Below, piece by piece: positions 14,157 to 25,718 of a stretch of 64,000 nucleotides of DNA. Source of the DNA: Bacteroidia bacterium. GTDB taxonomy: Bacteria > Bacteroidota > Bacteroidia > NS11-12g > UBA9320. A model generated the notes under the pieces. The model was not told where the DNA came from. It did not search any database and saw only the letters and a program-made list of their open reading frames with translations. The DNA lies in assembly GCA_965216465.1 (NCBI GenBank), contig CBDCFW010000003.1, positions 288,001-352,000 of the forward strand, written 5' to 3'. Within the stretch, counting starts at the first letter, position 1; each line of letters opens with the position of its first letter. A program made the translations under genes and the position numbers.

Positions 14157-16736
14157 TTAATCATTGTTTTCTGTTTCATTATTATCATCAGCAGATTCCG
14201 TGCCATTATTTGCGTCCGCACCCTCTCCTGCTGTTTCATCAGTTACAACATTTCCTTCAGCATCAAGAATTTCTTCATCCTCTTCTTCTACTTTAGGAAC
14301 TTTTGCTACTGATGCTATGTCGTCTTTGTCACGAACTTTAATCAATCGAACTCCTTGTGTTGCTCTTCCCATAACTCGAACATCTTCCATCTTCATTCTT
14401 ATGGTGATTCCAAGCTTGGTGATAATCATCAAGTCGTTTTCATCTGTTACATCTTTTATAGAGATTAAAGCACCTGTTTTGTCGGTGATACTCAAGGTTT
14501 TAACACCTTTTCCTCCCCTACCCGTAATTCGGTAATCGTCGATGTCTGTACGTTTGCCATATCCTTTTTCAGACACCACCATAATGCTTGTATCTTCAGC
14601 ACTTTCAGGCACGCAAACCATTCCGATTACTTCATCATTTTCATCTTCAAGCCTCACTCCTCTTACTCCGGCTGCTGTTCTTCCCATTGGTCGAACTGTG
14701 TTCTCGTTAAAACGAATTGCTTTACCCGATTTCTTAGCCATTAAGATCTCTGCCGTACCGTCAGTCAGTTTAGCTTCTAACAAGGTGTCACCATCTTTAA
14801 CGGTGATTGCATTAATACCATTAGTTCTTGGTCGAGAGTATGCCTCCAAAGAAGTCTTCTTAATTGTACCCTTTTTAGTACACATTACGATGTAATTGCT
14901 GTTCACATACTCTTCGTCTTTCAAGTTACCAGTTGCCACAAACGCACGTACCGAGTCATCTGAAGGTATGTTAATCAAGTTTTGGATTGCTCTTCCTTTA
15001 GATACTTTCCCGCCTTCTGGTATTTCGTATACCTTCATCCAGAAACATCTACCTTGGTCAGTAAAGAACAACATGTAGTTGTGCGTCATGGTCACAAACA
15101 AGTGCTCAACAAAGTCTTCGTCTCTGTGCTTCACTCCTCTGTTACCGACTCCTCCTCTACTTTGTGTTTTGTATTCAGACAGCGGAGTACGTTTCACGTA
15201 ACCCATGTGCGAAATGGTCACTACCATTTCTTCATTGGCAATTAAATCTTCAATATTGATTTCGCCAGCGTCGAGCTCAATTTGAGTTCTTCTTTCGTCG
15301 CCGTACTTATCTCTAATTTCTAACAACTCATCTTTAATGATGGTCATTCTTCTATTCTTGTCAGCTAAGATGTCTTTCAAATCAGCAATGGTTTCCATTA
15401 ATTGTCTATGCTCTTCTCTAACCTTGTCTCTTTCAAGTCCAGTTAACTTTTGAAGTCGCATATCCAAAATGGCTTTAGCTTGAATCTCAGACAGGCTAAA
15501 CGTGCTTATTAAGCCATTTCTAGCTTCTTCTACAGTCTGACTGCCTCTAATCAGCTTAATTACCTCATCAAGGTTGTCAATAGCAATTAACAAGCCTTCT
15601 AAGATGTGTGCTCGTTTCTCAGCTTCTTTCAGTAAGTACTCTGTTCTGCGAACAACAACTTCGTGACGGTGATCTACATAGTGACTGATCATCGACTTAA
15701 GATTCAACATCTCTGGTCTACCATTCACCAAAGCAATGTTATTTACACTGAAACTGGTTTGTAGCGGTGTGTACTTGTAAAGCTTATTCAGAACGATGTT
15801 TGGAATTGCATCACGTTTTAAATCGAAAACAATTCTTAATCCCTGGCGACCACTCTCATCCCTAACTTCAGAAATACCTTCAATCACCTTGTCGTTAACC
15901 AAGTCAACGGCTTTAACGATGATTTGTGAAGGACTTACTTGGTAAGGAACTTCAGTAATGATTATCTGCTCTCTTCCCGTTTTGGTCACATCGAATTCGG
16001 CTTTACCCCGCATTACGATTCGACCTCTACCCGTTTCAAAAGCTTGCTTCACTCCTTCTGTACCATAGATGATACCTCCGGTTGGAAAATCAGGAGCCTT
16101 CACATAATTGATTAACTCAGACACTTCAATCTCTGGATTATCGATGTAGGCAACTGTACCATCAATTACTTCTGTAAGGTTGTGTGGAGCCATGTTTGTA
16201 GCCATACCTACCGCAATACCCGCTGCACCGTTTACCAATAAACTTGGAATTCGAGCAGGGAGTACAGTCGGCTCAGACAAACTATCATCAAAGTTTGGTC
16301 TGAAGTCTACAGTATCTTTATCAATGTCGGCTAGCATTTCTTCCGCTAGCTTACGCATTCTTGCCTCTGTATAACGCATTGCTGCAGGAGGATCGCCATC
16401 GATAGAACCAAAGTTACCTTGGCCATCTACCATGGGATATCGCAGACTCCAATCTTGAGCCATACGTACCATAGTATCGTAGACCGATGTGTCACCGTGA
16501 GGGTGATACTTACCAAGCACCTCTCCCACGATTCTTGCAGATTTTTTATACGGTCTGTTGCTGGCTAAACCCAGTTCGGTCATACCATACAACACCCTTC
16601 TATGTACAGGTTTTAAACCATCTCTTACATCAGGTAATGCTCTCGAAACAATTACTGACATCGAATAATCGATGTAGGCTGTTTTCATTTCATCCTCGAT
16701 GTTAATAGGAATTATTTTTTCGTTTTCCGAATTCAT
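14157..16736 (-). CDS. gyrA: DNA gyrase subunit A
   Basis: [29 protein letters not shown], GyrA-box QSRGGVG. Confidence 0.98.
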   Translation of the reverse strand: MNSENEKIIPINIEDEMKTAYIDYSMSVIVSRALPDVRDGLKPVHRRVLYGMTELGLASNRPYKKSARIVGEVLGKYHPHGDTSVYDTMVRMAQDWSLRYPMVDGQGNFGSIDGDPPAAMRYTEARMRKLAEEMLADIDKDTVDFRPNFDDSLSEPTVLPARIPSLLVNGAAGIAVGMATNMAPHNLTEVIDGTVAYIDNPEIEVSELINYVKAPDFPTGGIIYGTEGVKQAFETGRGRIVMRGKAEFDVTKTGREQIIITEVPYQVSPSQIIVKAVDLVNDKVIEGISEVRDESGRQGLRIVFDLKRDAIPNIVLNKLYKYTPLQTSFSVNNIALVNGRPEMLNLKSMISHYVDHRHEVVVRRTEYLLKEAEKRAHILEGLLIAIDNLDEVIKLIRGSQTVEEARNGLISTFSLSEIQAKAILDMRLQKLTGLERDKVREEHRQLMETIADLKDILADKNRRMTIIKDELLEIRDKYGDERRTQIELDAGEINIEDLIANEEMVVTISHMGYVKRTPLSEYKTQSRGGVGNRGVKHRDEDFVEHLFVTMTHNYMLFFTDQGRCFWMKVYEIPEGGKVSKGRAIQNLINIPSDDSVRAFVATGNLKDEEYVNSNYIVMCTKKGTIKKTSLEAYSRPRTNGINAITVKDGDTLLEAKLTDGTAEILMAKKSGKAIRFNENTVRPMGRTAAGVRGVRLEDENDEVIGMVCVPESAEDTSIMVVSEKGYGKRTDIDDYRITGRGGKGVKTLSITDKTGALISIKDVTDENDLMIITKLGITIRMKMEDVRVMGRATQGVRLIKVRDKDDIASVAKVPKVEEEDEEILDAEGNVVTDETAGEGADANNGTESADDNNETENND

Positions 16737-16974
16737 TCAATAAATGATTAATTAAGGGCTGCAATCTATACGCAAAACCTATACATTAACTACATTACAA
16801 CGGCAAAATACCCACAATTAACCTACAATTTTGGGGATAAATTGACCTGTGTCAGTTCTGAATTCACAAGTTGTTGGTTTTAACAGACTAACGCAAACCA
16901 AAACCACATAAAAGAAGCTCGTTTGCACTTTGATAATTAAGCACATACGAGCTTTAAAGTTTTATGTTCAAGAG

Positions 16975-17832
16975 CTAGTAGGTTGCGACGAAACTTCCAC
17001 CAGTAATGGAAACGGTATTTCCATCTTTCTCGGCCTCAAAACTAAAGGTTCCTTTTATCACTCCAGAAATGTCGTCGAACTCGGTAATATTGATGGTTCC
17101 ATCCGTGGGAGTATAGAATTCGGTTGATGATGCATTGTACTGAGCACGATAATCTCCGAAGAATGAAATTTCATGTTCGCCTACGGTTGCATTATCTGGT
17201 ACCACAATGCCAATAGCCGTGTTGTTAGGGCCATTTCCAACTGTGTTGATCATACCTAAACCTTTAACAGCAGTAACATTAGTCGCAGACCATGCTGAAC
17301 CATCGACCGTTGCCGTCATGGTTTTCCCAGGAGTTGGAGGCAATTCTGTGCTGAATGGAAGGTCAACAAATTCGATACTAACACTAACGATTTTATCGTC
17401 CAATATACGTCTGGCCTCAGTAACGATTGAACCACTACATTTTTTAGAAGTTTTATCAAACTTGGTGAACGACATTTCTCCCGGGAACGGCGTAGATCCG
17501 TCAAACTGATTGGTGGTGTAAGCACTCTCACCATTAGGCACATACGCTAATGCATCAGTTTCGTCTTCATAGTAAAATTGGTAAGGAAGTCCTACCTCAT
17601 ATCCATCAAAAAGAAGCATGCGAACAGTGATAATATCACCACTATTTGTTTCCATAGCCATTACAAAAGTTTCGTTATTGTAATAGCCAGCGCTTTTGGT
17701 TTTTACTGATAGTGTTGCACCATCAATTTTAGCAGTAAACGAAGCTCCTGGAGCAGCGTCTTCGCTTTTGCATCCCGACATGGCAAAAAGGGAAGCAATC
17801 GTAATCATTGTAAGGATTTTAATTGTTTTCAT
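16975..17832 (-). CDS. Lipoprotein with two repeated beta domains (DUF6252-like)
   Basis: Lipobox MSGC; FTAKIDG / MTATVDG duplication; GTFSF...ITGGSF C-terminus. Confidence 0.75.
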   Translation of the reverse strand: MKTIKILTMITIASLFAMSGCKSEDAAPGASFTAKIDGATLSVKTKSAGYYNNETFVMAMETNSGDIITVRMLLFDGYEVGLPYQFYYEDETDALAYVPNGESAYTTNQFDGSTPFPGEMSFTKFDKTSKKCSGSIVTEARRILDDKIVSVSIEFVDLPFSTELPPTPGKTMTATVDGSAWSATNVTAVKGLGMINTVGNGPNNTAIGIVVPDNATVGEHEISFFGDYRAQYNASSTEFYTPTDGTINITEFDDISGVIKGTFSFEAEKDGNTVSITGGSFVATY

Positions 17833-17867
17833 ATCTGAATTTTAGAGTTAGAGCGAATATAAGAAAA

Positions 17868-18737
17868 TCAGCGATAAACTGAAATGTATCCGTTATCATA
17901 AAATTGGGTGTCTAGATTGGTTAGTATGGCACAATTGATCTCAGCTTTGAAGAAACCTGAACCCCAATTTCTTTCTATGATCCTCAATTCTCCATCCACT
18001 CCAGGAGATGTACCTGTTCCAAACACATTTCTAAGCTGAACATCACCAAACTCTGAAATTTTGTAACTGCCAGTGTCAAGATGCTCTGGAAAGCTGAGAA
18101 TTTTTCGGCTAGTTCTGTTCGAGGCAGGAATAAATTTTGTACCCTCTAAATAGACTACGCCCTTATGTTCACTCCAAGTATGTGCGTCTGCCTCCCAAAC
18201 AATGTTGAACCATCGATTGTGTAGTTCAAATTCCGTTTCGCGGTTAGGATTAATAACCCGCGGTTCAAACAAAAGGGCTTCAAAGTTCACCTCGATATTT
18301 ATTGAACCTGAACTGTTCAGAGCTAATAACTTGGCCTCAACAGAACCGTTGTGAAATTCAGATTTGTTAAGAGATTGAACTTCTATGCTCCCTCCAAATG
18401 GAGGTTCTTGAAGGCTTAGATGGTTCGTCGAGAATGTCTCACCATCTTTGTAGTACGATACCTTGTTTTTCCAATCGCCAAAGAAAAACCGCGACTGCAA
18501 TCGACCTATGGAGTCTTTCTCAAGGGTACTTCGTATGATAAGTATACTTCCATCCGAAAATTCAACACGAAACACCGCTATGTGCTCGTCATACATCAAT
18601 GTAGATTGAGATGTTATTGTTTGCAAAGAATCATCAATTTTTACTTCAAGAGAACTTACTGCTGAGGGTGTTTCAGTTTTGCAACTTGCACATGCAACGA
18701 CAACGAGAAACGTTATCACTTGGGTAAATGTTTTCAT
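17868..18737 (-). CDS. Lipoprotein, probable diverged paralogue of 16975-17832
   Basis: Lipobox CASC, LEVKIDD, similar length and layout. Confidence 0.7.
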   Translation of the reverse strand: MKTFTQVITFLVVVACASCKTETPSAVSSLEVKIDDSLQTITSQSTLMYDEHIAVFRVEFSDGSILIIRSTLEKDSIGRLQSRFFFGDWKNKVSYYKDGETFSTNHLSLQEPPFGGSIEVQSLNKSEFHNGSVEAKLLALNSSGSINIEVNFEALLFEPRVINPNRETEFELHNRWFNIVWEADAHTWSEHKGVVYLEGTKFIPASNRTSRKILSFPEHLDTGSYKISEFGDVQLRNVFGTGTSPGVDGELRIIERNWGSGFFKAEINCAILTNLDTQFYDNGYISVYR

Positions 18738-18757
18738 ATTAGGTCTTCTGTCTATCC

Positions 18758-19375
18758 TTACGAACGGCTGTTGTCTACATTTATTGCTCCTCCTCCAATG
18801 AAATGAAACAGCATGTAAGCCGCCAGATCAAACACCACTTTCAATGCCATGAAAAGTAGGAAAGCTCCCCCTCCCATTCCCGTATTTACAGGTGAGAATA
18901 TGATAAATAGATGTATTGGAATGATTCGCGTGTAAGCAGCTATAACTGAAGGCTTTGGGTAGCTCTGTGTCGTTGGAATAACCTCTCGTCCAAATACGAA
19001 AGCCAAGTTCATTACCAAGGTTCCTAAGGTTATGCGAATAAAGCTGTAGAGCGAAAGATAGTGTTCTATCTCGCCTTTCAGGCTCATGCCGGTTAGAAAT
19101 ACAAAATATACCAGATGGAAGAGCCCGAAATGCAGGATAAAAAAGAAGGTAAAGGCAAACTTCTTAAGCGGAAAAATTGAACGATCACGCTTGGTCTTTT
19201 GGATGAAAGACAAGCCCACATATTCTATTCCAATAAAAACAGACTGTAAGTAATATCCCCAGATTATGAAACGAGCATCATAATTGTTGGTTAAGTACAA
19301 TCCTATCAAGACTGCATTAAAAACAATAATGAACCAGAATTCGGGATCACGGAATATGGAAGATTTACCTTTCAA
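18758..19375 (-). CDS. Integral membrane protein (DUF6498-like)
   Basis: FF..HFG.FH.VY and Y.RI.P.H motifs. Confidence 0.7.
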   Translation of the reverse strand: MKGKSSIFRDPEFWFIIVFNAVLIGLYLTNNYDARFIIWGYYLQSVFIGIEYVGLSFIQKTKRDRSIFPLKKFAFTFFFILHFGLFHLVYFVFLTGMSLKGEIEHYLSLYSFIRITLGTLVMNLAFVFGREVIPTTQSYPKPSVIAAYTRIIPIHLFIIFSPVNTGMGGGAFLLFMALKVVFDLAAYMLFHFIGGGAINVDNSRS

Positions 19376-20190
19376 TTGGGTGTCAGTTTTAGCATGCGGG
19401 TTTTTCCATTGATGTCTTGCCTAAACTCATAAGCAATTGATTCCTGGTTTAACCAAGCCTCAAGCTCATCGTTGTAAAACTCGCTGGTTTCAAAATAACA
19501 TATAGATTTTTGAATTTTTGCAATTTGAGCAATTTGCTTGTAAAACAATAGAACATCATCATCGTCTACAAACAAGGCTAGATGTGGCTCATATTCAAGT
19601 ACATGGCTTGCCATGCTTTTCATTTCGTTGCGTGAAATGTAGGGTGGATTGCTGATTAAAACATCGTAGTCTTTAATATCGTCATTCAAAATGTCGCAGC
19701 GAAAAAAGCGTACATCTAAGTTCAAATTTTTAGCATTTTCTTTGGCTACTATCAAAGCTTCCTTGCTTACATCACATCCTTCAACATTAGCTTCTCCTAA
19801 ATTCTTTTTTAACGCAAGAGCGATACACCCGCTGCCTGTACCAATATCCAGTATTGACTTCCTTCCCATTGCAACTTCATCTTCTAAAACCCAATTAACC
19901 AGCTCTTCTGTTTCCGGCCTTGGGATTAGAACCGAAGAATTAACCTTGACGTTCATGCCATAAAATTCGGCTATACCAAGCACATACTGAATTGGTTTTC
20001 CCTGACTCAAATGCTTAATAATTGAGTTATGTTTACTTTCAGCTTCTGTGTCTTCATCCATTAAGATATGGTGGTACGATTTTTCTTCAACGTGTTGCAA
20101 AACCAAGTGAAAAATAGCCGTAATCTCGTCGGTGGCGTACAAGTTACCTAACTTGCTTATATAGAGCTGCTTGAGTGTTGAAAGTTTCAA
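19372..20190 (-). CDS. prmC: Release factor glutamine methyltransferase
   Basis: LIPRPETEEL, DIGTGSGCI, SNPPY. Confidence 0.96.
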   Translation of the reverse strand: MKLSTLKQLYISKLGNLYATDEITAIFHLVLQHVEEKSYHHILMDEDTEAESKHNSIIKHLSQGKPIQYVLGIAEFYGMNVKVNSSVLIPRPETEELVNWVLEDEVAMGRKSILDIGTGSGCIALALKKNLGEANVEGCDVSKEALIVAKENAKNLNLDVRFFRCDILNDDIKDYDVLISNPPYISRNEMKSMASHVLEYEPHLALFVDDDDVLLFYKQIAQIAKIQKSICYFETSEFYNDELEAWLNQESIAYEFRQDINGKTRMLKLTPN

Positions 20191-20245
20191 AATAAATCGA
20201 GGGTTTCAAACTTAAATATTTATATCATTAAATCTATATGTAATT

Positions 20246-21277
20246 TTGGCGGCGATGACAGACGAGCAAGCAATGGCCTTTTGTTTGGAACTAGCAAATC
20301 TTGGCAATGGCAAGGTTGCTCCTAATCCGATGGTGGGTTGTGTGATTCTAAAAAACAAGAAGATTGTGGCCAGTGGCTATCATCGTCAATATGGAGGTCC
20401 TCATGCAGAAGTAAATGCATTCAATGCTCTCCCGAAAGAAATAGACCCTGCAGATTGCGAAGTATATGTGAGTTTAGAGCCTTGCTCTCACTTTGGAAAA
20501 ACTCCTCCATGTGCTGATTTAATAATCAAGAAAAGACCCAAGCGATTGGTGGTGGGCATGTTAGATCCAAATCCACTAGTTGCGGGCAAAGGATTAGGAC
20601 GAATTAAAAATGCTGGCATCCAAGTTAAAATGGGTGTGTTGGAAGATAAATGCAAGCTTCTAAATAAGCGATTTGTTGTAGCTCACACAAAGAATCGACC
20701 ATTTGTACTGTTAAAATGGGCTGAAACGGCCAGCGGGCACATCGGGCGACTACCTGGGAGTGCAGCATCGAAAAAGATAAGCGACCCAAGAAATGATGGG
20801 TTTGTGCACCAACAACGTGCTTCAAACATGGCCATTCTTATTGGAGCTGAAACCGCCAACCAAGACAATCCAAAGCTAGATGCAAGACACTGGAACGATA
20901 ATCATCCAATAAAGATAATTCTTTCTAAATCAGGAAGCGTAAATCCAAGTTTAGACCTATTTAAAACTGGACGAACTCTTGTGCTAACCGAATCTGAAAT
21001 AGAAGGTGATTTTGAAGTGCTTACTCCCCCCTCTTTTGACATTGAATCTATTCTTGAAACCTTGTACAAGGCCGGGATACAAAGTGTGCTCGTTGAAGGA
21101 GGTAGCAAAGTTTTACAACAGTTTATAAATGCGAACCTGTGGGATGAAATTTTACGGCTTAAGTCCACTAAAATTTGGGAGGATGGAATTACTGCTCCTC
21201 AAATAAACCGGGAACCGGATCATGATGTGAAGCAATACGATGATCAAATTCAAATGTATATTAACTCGTGGCAGTAA
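20246..21277 (+). CDS. ribD: Riboflavin biosynthesis deaminase/reductase
   Basis: PNPMVGCV, HAE, LEPCSH.GKTPPC, VEGG. Confidence 0.96.
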   Translation: MAAMTDEQAMAFCLELANLGNGKVAPNPMVGCVILKNKKIVASGYHRQYGGPHAEVNAFNALPKEIDPADCEVYVSLEPCSHFGKTPPCADLIIKKRPKRLVVGMLDPNPLVAGKGLGRIKNAGIQVKMGVLEDKCKLLNKRFVVAHTKNRPFVLLKWAETASGHIGRLPGSAASKKISDPRNDGFVHQQRASNMAILIGAETANQDNPKLDARHWNDNHPIKIILSKSGSVNPSLDLFKTGRTLVLTESEIEGDFEVLTPPSFDIESILETLYKAGIQSVLVEGGSKVLQQFINANLWDEILRLKSTKIWEDGITAPQINREPDHDVKQYDDQIQMYINSWQ

Positions 21278-22131
21278 CTTTCTTACTTCTTAGCATCGCT
21301 TTAAATACTGCTGTTAACCTGATATTCAGATGGTTTAAGGTTTTTGAGATAAATAAGTTACATGCCATAGTTGTTAACTATTTAATCTGCTTTCTGGTAG
21401 GTTTGAGCATTTCAAATGAGCGAGATATTCTTGGCTACATCGATCAACATTGGTTCTTGTATAGCCTCTTGCTTGGGGTACTCTTTATTAGCATATTCTA
21501 TTTAATGGCATTAACCACTGAAAAATTAGGAGTAAGTGTAAATGCCGTTAGCAATAAAATGTCAGTGGTCATACCTGTTTCTTTTGCTTTAATTGTTGCT
21601 AAAGAAAGCTTCAGTTTACTTTTTTTAGTTGGTATAATTATCTCATTAGCAAGCATATATCTAATCTCAGGTAAAAAGAACATGAGAATAGAACGGAAAT
21701 ATTATGCACTTCCCGTTGGGGTATTTTTGGGAGGAGGATTTATCGATACTTCCTTAAAACTATTGGAGACAAATTTTGCATCGGAAGTAGAATTGAGCAC
21801 AATTACTTATACTATATTTCTGGGAGCATTTATAACAGGTTTATTCATTGTTCTACTAAGCGGACTAAATCGAAATAAGCTTAGTGCAAAGAACGGTTTG
21901 GCGGGTATTGTACTGGGTGTACCCAACTTTTTTTCGGTGTTCTTTCTACTAAAGGCAATTGAAGCGTTCTCATTAAAGAGTGCATTTGTATTTGGCATTA
22001 ACAACGTTTCTATTGTATTGGTCAGCACGGTGTTATCTATTGTAATTTTTAAAGAACAGCTTTCTCGATTCAACAGAATTGGTTTAATTTTGGCCATTGT
22101 ATCGATCATTATAATTGCTTATGCCAGCTGA
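21268..22131 (+). CDS. DMT/EamA family transporter
   Basis: About 10 TM segments. Confidence 0.8.
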   Translation: MAVTFLLLSIALNTAVNLIFRWFKVFEINKLHAIVVNYLICFLVGLSISNERDILGYIDQHWFLYSLLLGVLFISIFYLMALTTEKLGVSVNAVSNKMSVVIPVSFALIVAKESFSLLFLVGIIISLASIYLISGKKNMRIERKYYALPVGVFLGGGFIDTSLKLLETNFASEVELSTITYTIFLGAFITGLFIVLLSGLNRNKLSAKNGLAGIVLGVPNFFSVFFLLKAIEAFSLKSAFVFGINNVSIVLVSTVLSIVIFKEQLSRFNRIGLILAIVSIIIIAYAS

Positions 22132-22705
22132 TACTTATCTAGGAATTGAGAGGGAGTTTAAGAGTTACCACAAGTTAGGTGGCAGCAAATTCTATGGTTT
22201 CCTCTTTCCTGTTAGGCATTTAGAGCATTTTGAGCAGCAGATTAAAGAATTTAAACAGCAATTTGAAGATGCCACTCACGTGTGTTCTGCCTGTGTAATT
22301 GGTATTAACAGAGAAACGCAGCGTTTTAGCGACGATGGAGAACCTAGCAACAGTTCAGGACGCCCCATGTTAAACGCATTACTGTCTAAAAATTTAACTT
22401 ACGTAGGCACTGCAGTGGTACGTTATTATGGAGGCAAAAAGCTGGGAATTCCTGGTTTGATAGAGGCCTATGGTGGTGCCACCCAGCTATGTATCAATCA
22501 AGCTGAAATTTTAGAGCTAGTTCTGAAAGATAATATCGTTTGCTCGATTGATGAAGACAAGGCCTATTTGTTATATAACTTCCTTGGAAAGCGTTCAGAC
22601 CTCTCCTACCAAGTCGCCGATGGTCAATTTAATATTAGCTGTGCTCAAAGTATGACTGAAGGCTTACGGAAAGAGTTATCAGAAATCGATACCTTAGCGT
22701 TTTGA
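22115..22705 (+). CDS. IMPACT/YigZ family protein
   Basis: SKF, ATH.C.A, SDDGEP...GRP, VVRYYGG.KLG. Confidence 0.92.
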   Translation: MLMPADTYLGIEREFKSYHKLGGSKFYGFLFPVRHLEHFEQQIKEFKQQFEDATHVCSACVIGINRETQRFSDDGEPSNSSGRPMLNALLSKNLTYVGTAVVRYYGGKKLGIPGLIEAYGGATQLCINQAEILELVLKDNIVCSIDEDKAYLLYNFLGKRSDLSYQVADGQFNISCAQSMTEGLRKELSEIDTLAF

Positions 22706-22706
22706 A

Positions 22707-24392
22707 ATGAGGTTCAGGCTGTTACATATTGCACTATTTGCACTTATTCCGTTTGTAGGTATTGCTCAAACTAATAATATCAATGCCCCTAATTACCAAC
22801 TTATTCTTCTTGAAGAGCTTCCTCAAAAAGGTGCAGACATTCATCACGAAACACGGTTATTAAATTACTTCAATCTTGGAGATGATTTCAGCTTCAAAAA
22901 GTCTTATGATATCAGCAGCCCATATGCGCAGCACTTAACTTACAAACAATACTACAAAGACAAGCAGATCTTGTTTACATCCGTAAAAATGCATATTAAA
23001 CTTGATGGATCGGTGATTCTACAAGCTAATGTATATGCGAATGAAGTAGCAGATTATCGTCCAGATATGGAATACCTTTTACCTACATCCAAAGGATTAG
23101 TTTCGGTGAACGAAGTTGAAGTACCTCATGACGTTTATCCCAGAACGACATATATAGACGGTAATAACAATACGCTGTTTGAAAAATTCAAATACAAGTA
23201 CTATAAAGATACAACAGCTAAGGCACAGGTCTATATGGTGAATCCGATTAATACGGCCAATACATCGTATGGAGGAAACTACATAGACAATGGAGATCAA
23301 AGCAATAGTTCACTTGATTCACAGCGGGTTTGGGTTGATTTAAATCTGAATTATGAGGATGATAGTTTTAGACTTGAATCGAAGTTCATGTTCTTAAAAG
23401 AAATAAGTTTTCCTTTTGAAGCACCATTTAATCAGATCTCAGACACATTCTCTTTTAATCGAGGTGAACAAGGTTTTGAAGCTGTAAATACTTACTACCA
23501 TATTAATGAGTACGCGAAGTATATTGAGTCTCTAGGTTATTCGTCTATAGTTGATACCCTAGGTGTTGACGTGCACGCCTTTGGAGGTGCTGATAATTCA
23601 GCTTATGATCCTGACAATCATACCTTACAGTTTGGAGAAGGTGGCGTTGATGATGCGGAGGATGGCGAAGTTATTATACACGAATTTGTTCATTCCTTAA
23701 GCGAATTGGCATCGCCAGACAATACGATCGGAAAAGAAAGAGGTGCTATGGAAGAAGGGCACTGCGACTACATGGCCAAAGCCTATAGCAGAACCTACAA
23801 CGACAATACTCCTAACCAGGTGTTTAGTTGGGATGGATTTAATCCATTTTTTGATGGCATTGATATCAACACAGGGAAAGATTATCCTGAAGATCTTACC
23901 GGCGTACAAAATGTCGATCGTGATGTGTGGTCGAGTGCATTGATGTGCGTTCATGATTATATAGGTCAACGAGCTACCGATAGTTTAGTCCTTGAACACT
24001 TCTTTTATCAAGCCGAGAGTACTTCTATGGCCCAAATGGCTAAGATTCTATTGACTATTGACAGTGCAGATTTTAACAGAAGATATTACTCGCCGCTTAA
24101 GCAATGCTTAGTCGATGCGGGATTTGTAGATCGAGGTGCCGTAGCAAAACCTCCACAACATAAGTTGCTGACTATACTTAATTCAGCAGGTTTTTCAACG
24201 GGTGAAGCTCCAGCGATCATAGTGCTTAATTCTCCTGGCCAATGGCAATTGTACAACGTGGCAGGCCAATTGGTTGATGCTGGAAAAGCAGAAAGAAGAA
24301 TTGAATTGCAGCCATCTGATTATGCAAAAGGAGTCTATATTCTTCATTTAAAGGTGGATAATCAAGATTATTCTTTTAAACTTGTCCGATAG
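22707..24392 (+). CDS. Secreted zinc metallopeptidase (M36/M4-like) with T9SS C-terminal domain
   Basis: Signal peptide, GGVDDAED.EVIIHEFVH, EG..DY, GVYIL...K CTD. Confidence 0.85.
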   Translation: MRFRLLHIALFALIPFVGIAQTNNINAPNYQLILLEELPQKGADIHHETRLLNYFNLGDDFSFKKSYDISSPYAQHLTYKQYYKDKQILFTSVKMHIKLDGSVILQANVYANEVADYRPDMEYLLPTSKGLVSVNEVEVPHDVYPRTTYIDGNNNTLFEKFKYKYYKDTTAKAQVYMVNPINTANTSYGGNYIDNGDQSNSSLDSQRVWVDLNLNYEDDSFRLESKFMFLKEISFPFEAPFNQISDTFSFNRGEQGFEAVNTYYHINEYAKYIESLGYSSIVDTLGVDVHAFGGADNSAYDPDNHTLQFGEGGVDDAEDGEVIIHEFVHSLSELASPDNTIGKERGAMEEGHCDYMAKAYSRTYNDNTPNQVFSWDGFNPFFDGIDINTGKDYPEDLTGVQNVDRDVWSSALMCVHDYIGQRATDSLVLEHFFYQAESTSMAQMAKILLTIDSADFNRRYYSPLKQCLVDAGFVDRGAVAKPPQHKLLTILNSAGFSTGEAPAIIVLNSPGQWQLYNVAGQLVDAGKAERRIELQPSDYAKGVYILHLKVDNQDYSFKLVR

Positions 24393-25701
24393 TAATTTCC
24401 TATTGTCGAACATCGTAAAAATCCATACTGATCAAAAATCTCCACGTAGCAATTATGTGTTTGATTTGATATTTAAAGAGCTCTTAGGCGTTGATTATGA
24501 ATACGTTGCGTCAGATGAAGCCGATTTAAATTACAGTACAACACAGTCAGAAGGATTGCATTGTGTACCTCATGGATTACTCACGGAGACCACATTACGT
24601 GAGACTATAAAAGATGAGATACATTTTGGAGCATGGCTAAACTCCAACTGCTTCTTTCGTACAGGAGGAGAACTCCCGTATGATATATTCTCAGCTGCCT
24701 TTTACTTAACCTCGAGATATGAAGAGTACTTAGACTTTCAGGCTGATGCTCACAATCGATTTCCAGCTGAGGAATCAGTTTTACATAAGGCTAAGTTGCT
24801 AGAAGAACCGCTGGTGAATCAATGGGCTTTGATCTTAAAAGAAGCCCTCATTAAAGTAAACCCATCGTTACAATTCTATCCAAGAAGTTTTGAGTTTATT
24901 TCGACACTCGATATTGATCAAGCTTGGAAGTTCAAAAACAAAGGGTTTAGACGAAACTTAGGGGGATTACTGCGAGATGTAGTAAAATTAGATTTTAAAC
25001 AAGTTAAAGAACGCATGGCTGTAATGTTCAATTTGAAGGAAGATCCCTTCTTCAATTTCGACTGGCAGGAGCAAGTTCATAGTGCAAATGGTATTGAGTC
25101 GAGGTACTTTATTTTGCTTGGAAGCCATAGCGAATTTGACAAGAATATTAGCCCTGATAACATAGAATTTCAAAGCTTAATTAGACACATTAATTCGTAT
25201 TCCAATTCTCGAATTGGCATCCATCCATCCTATCAAAGCAATTATAACTCAGACCTAATCCAAAAAGAAATTAAGCGTTTAAGTGACATTTGTGAAGCCG
25301 AAATTGATACAAGTCGGCAACATTTTCTAATGCATGAAATGCCAAATACTTATGAGCATTTGGAGCATATTGGAATTGTAGAAGAGCACACCATGGGATA
25401 TTCTACACACTTCGGATTTAGAGCCGGAATAGCGGCACCATTTTATTTTTACAATCTAGAATTTGAACTGAAGACTTCCATGAAACTCTACCCTTTTTGT
25501 GCCATGGATATTACACCGCTGCACTATCGTGGAGAGAGCCCTGAGCAAGCCAAAATCGTTTTAGATGAATTAATGGATAAGGTTAAAGCTGTAGGCGGAT
25601 TATTTATTCCGTTATGGCATAACGAAAGTCTCAGTGAATCTGGCCGTTGGAAAAATTGGCGTATGGTGTATCAGCATATTATTGAGCAAAGCAATGCGTA
25701 A
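24382..25701 (+). CDS. Polysaccharide deacetylase-family protein
   Basis: DID, GIHPSY, RQHFL, GFRAG, LWHN motifs. Confidence 0.85.
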   Translation: MSDSNFLLSNIVKIHTDQKSPRSNYVFDLIFKELLGVDYEYVASDEADLNYSTTQSEGLHCVPHGLLTETTLRETIKDEIHFGAWLNSNCFFRTGGELPYDIFSAAFYLTSRYEEYLDFQADAHNRFPAEESVLHKAKLLEEPLVNQWALILKEALIKVNPSLQFYPRSFEFISTLDIDQAWKFKNKGFRRNLGGLLRDVVKLDFKQVKERMAVMFNLKEDPFFNFDWQEQVHSANGIESRYFILLGSHSEFDKNISPDNIEFQSLIRHINSYSNSRIGIHPSYQSNYNSDLIQKEIKRLSDICEAEIDTSRQHFLMHEMPNTYEHLEHIGIVEEHTMGYSTHFGFRAGIAAPFYFYNLEFELKTSMKLYPFCAMDITPLHYRGESPEQAKIVLDELMDKVKAVGGLFIPLWHNESLSESGRWKNWRMVYQHIIEQSNA

Positions 25702-25718
25702 GTGCTATCTTCGTAGCA

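Noticed and set aside
14164-16705. Plus-strand ORFs over gyrA and similar antisense ORFs across housekeeping genes
   Set aside because: Shadow frames of well-supported genes, with no recognisable motifs.
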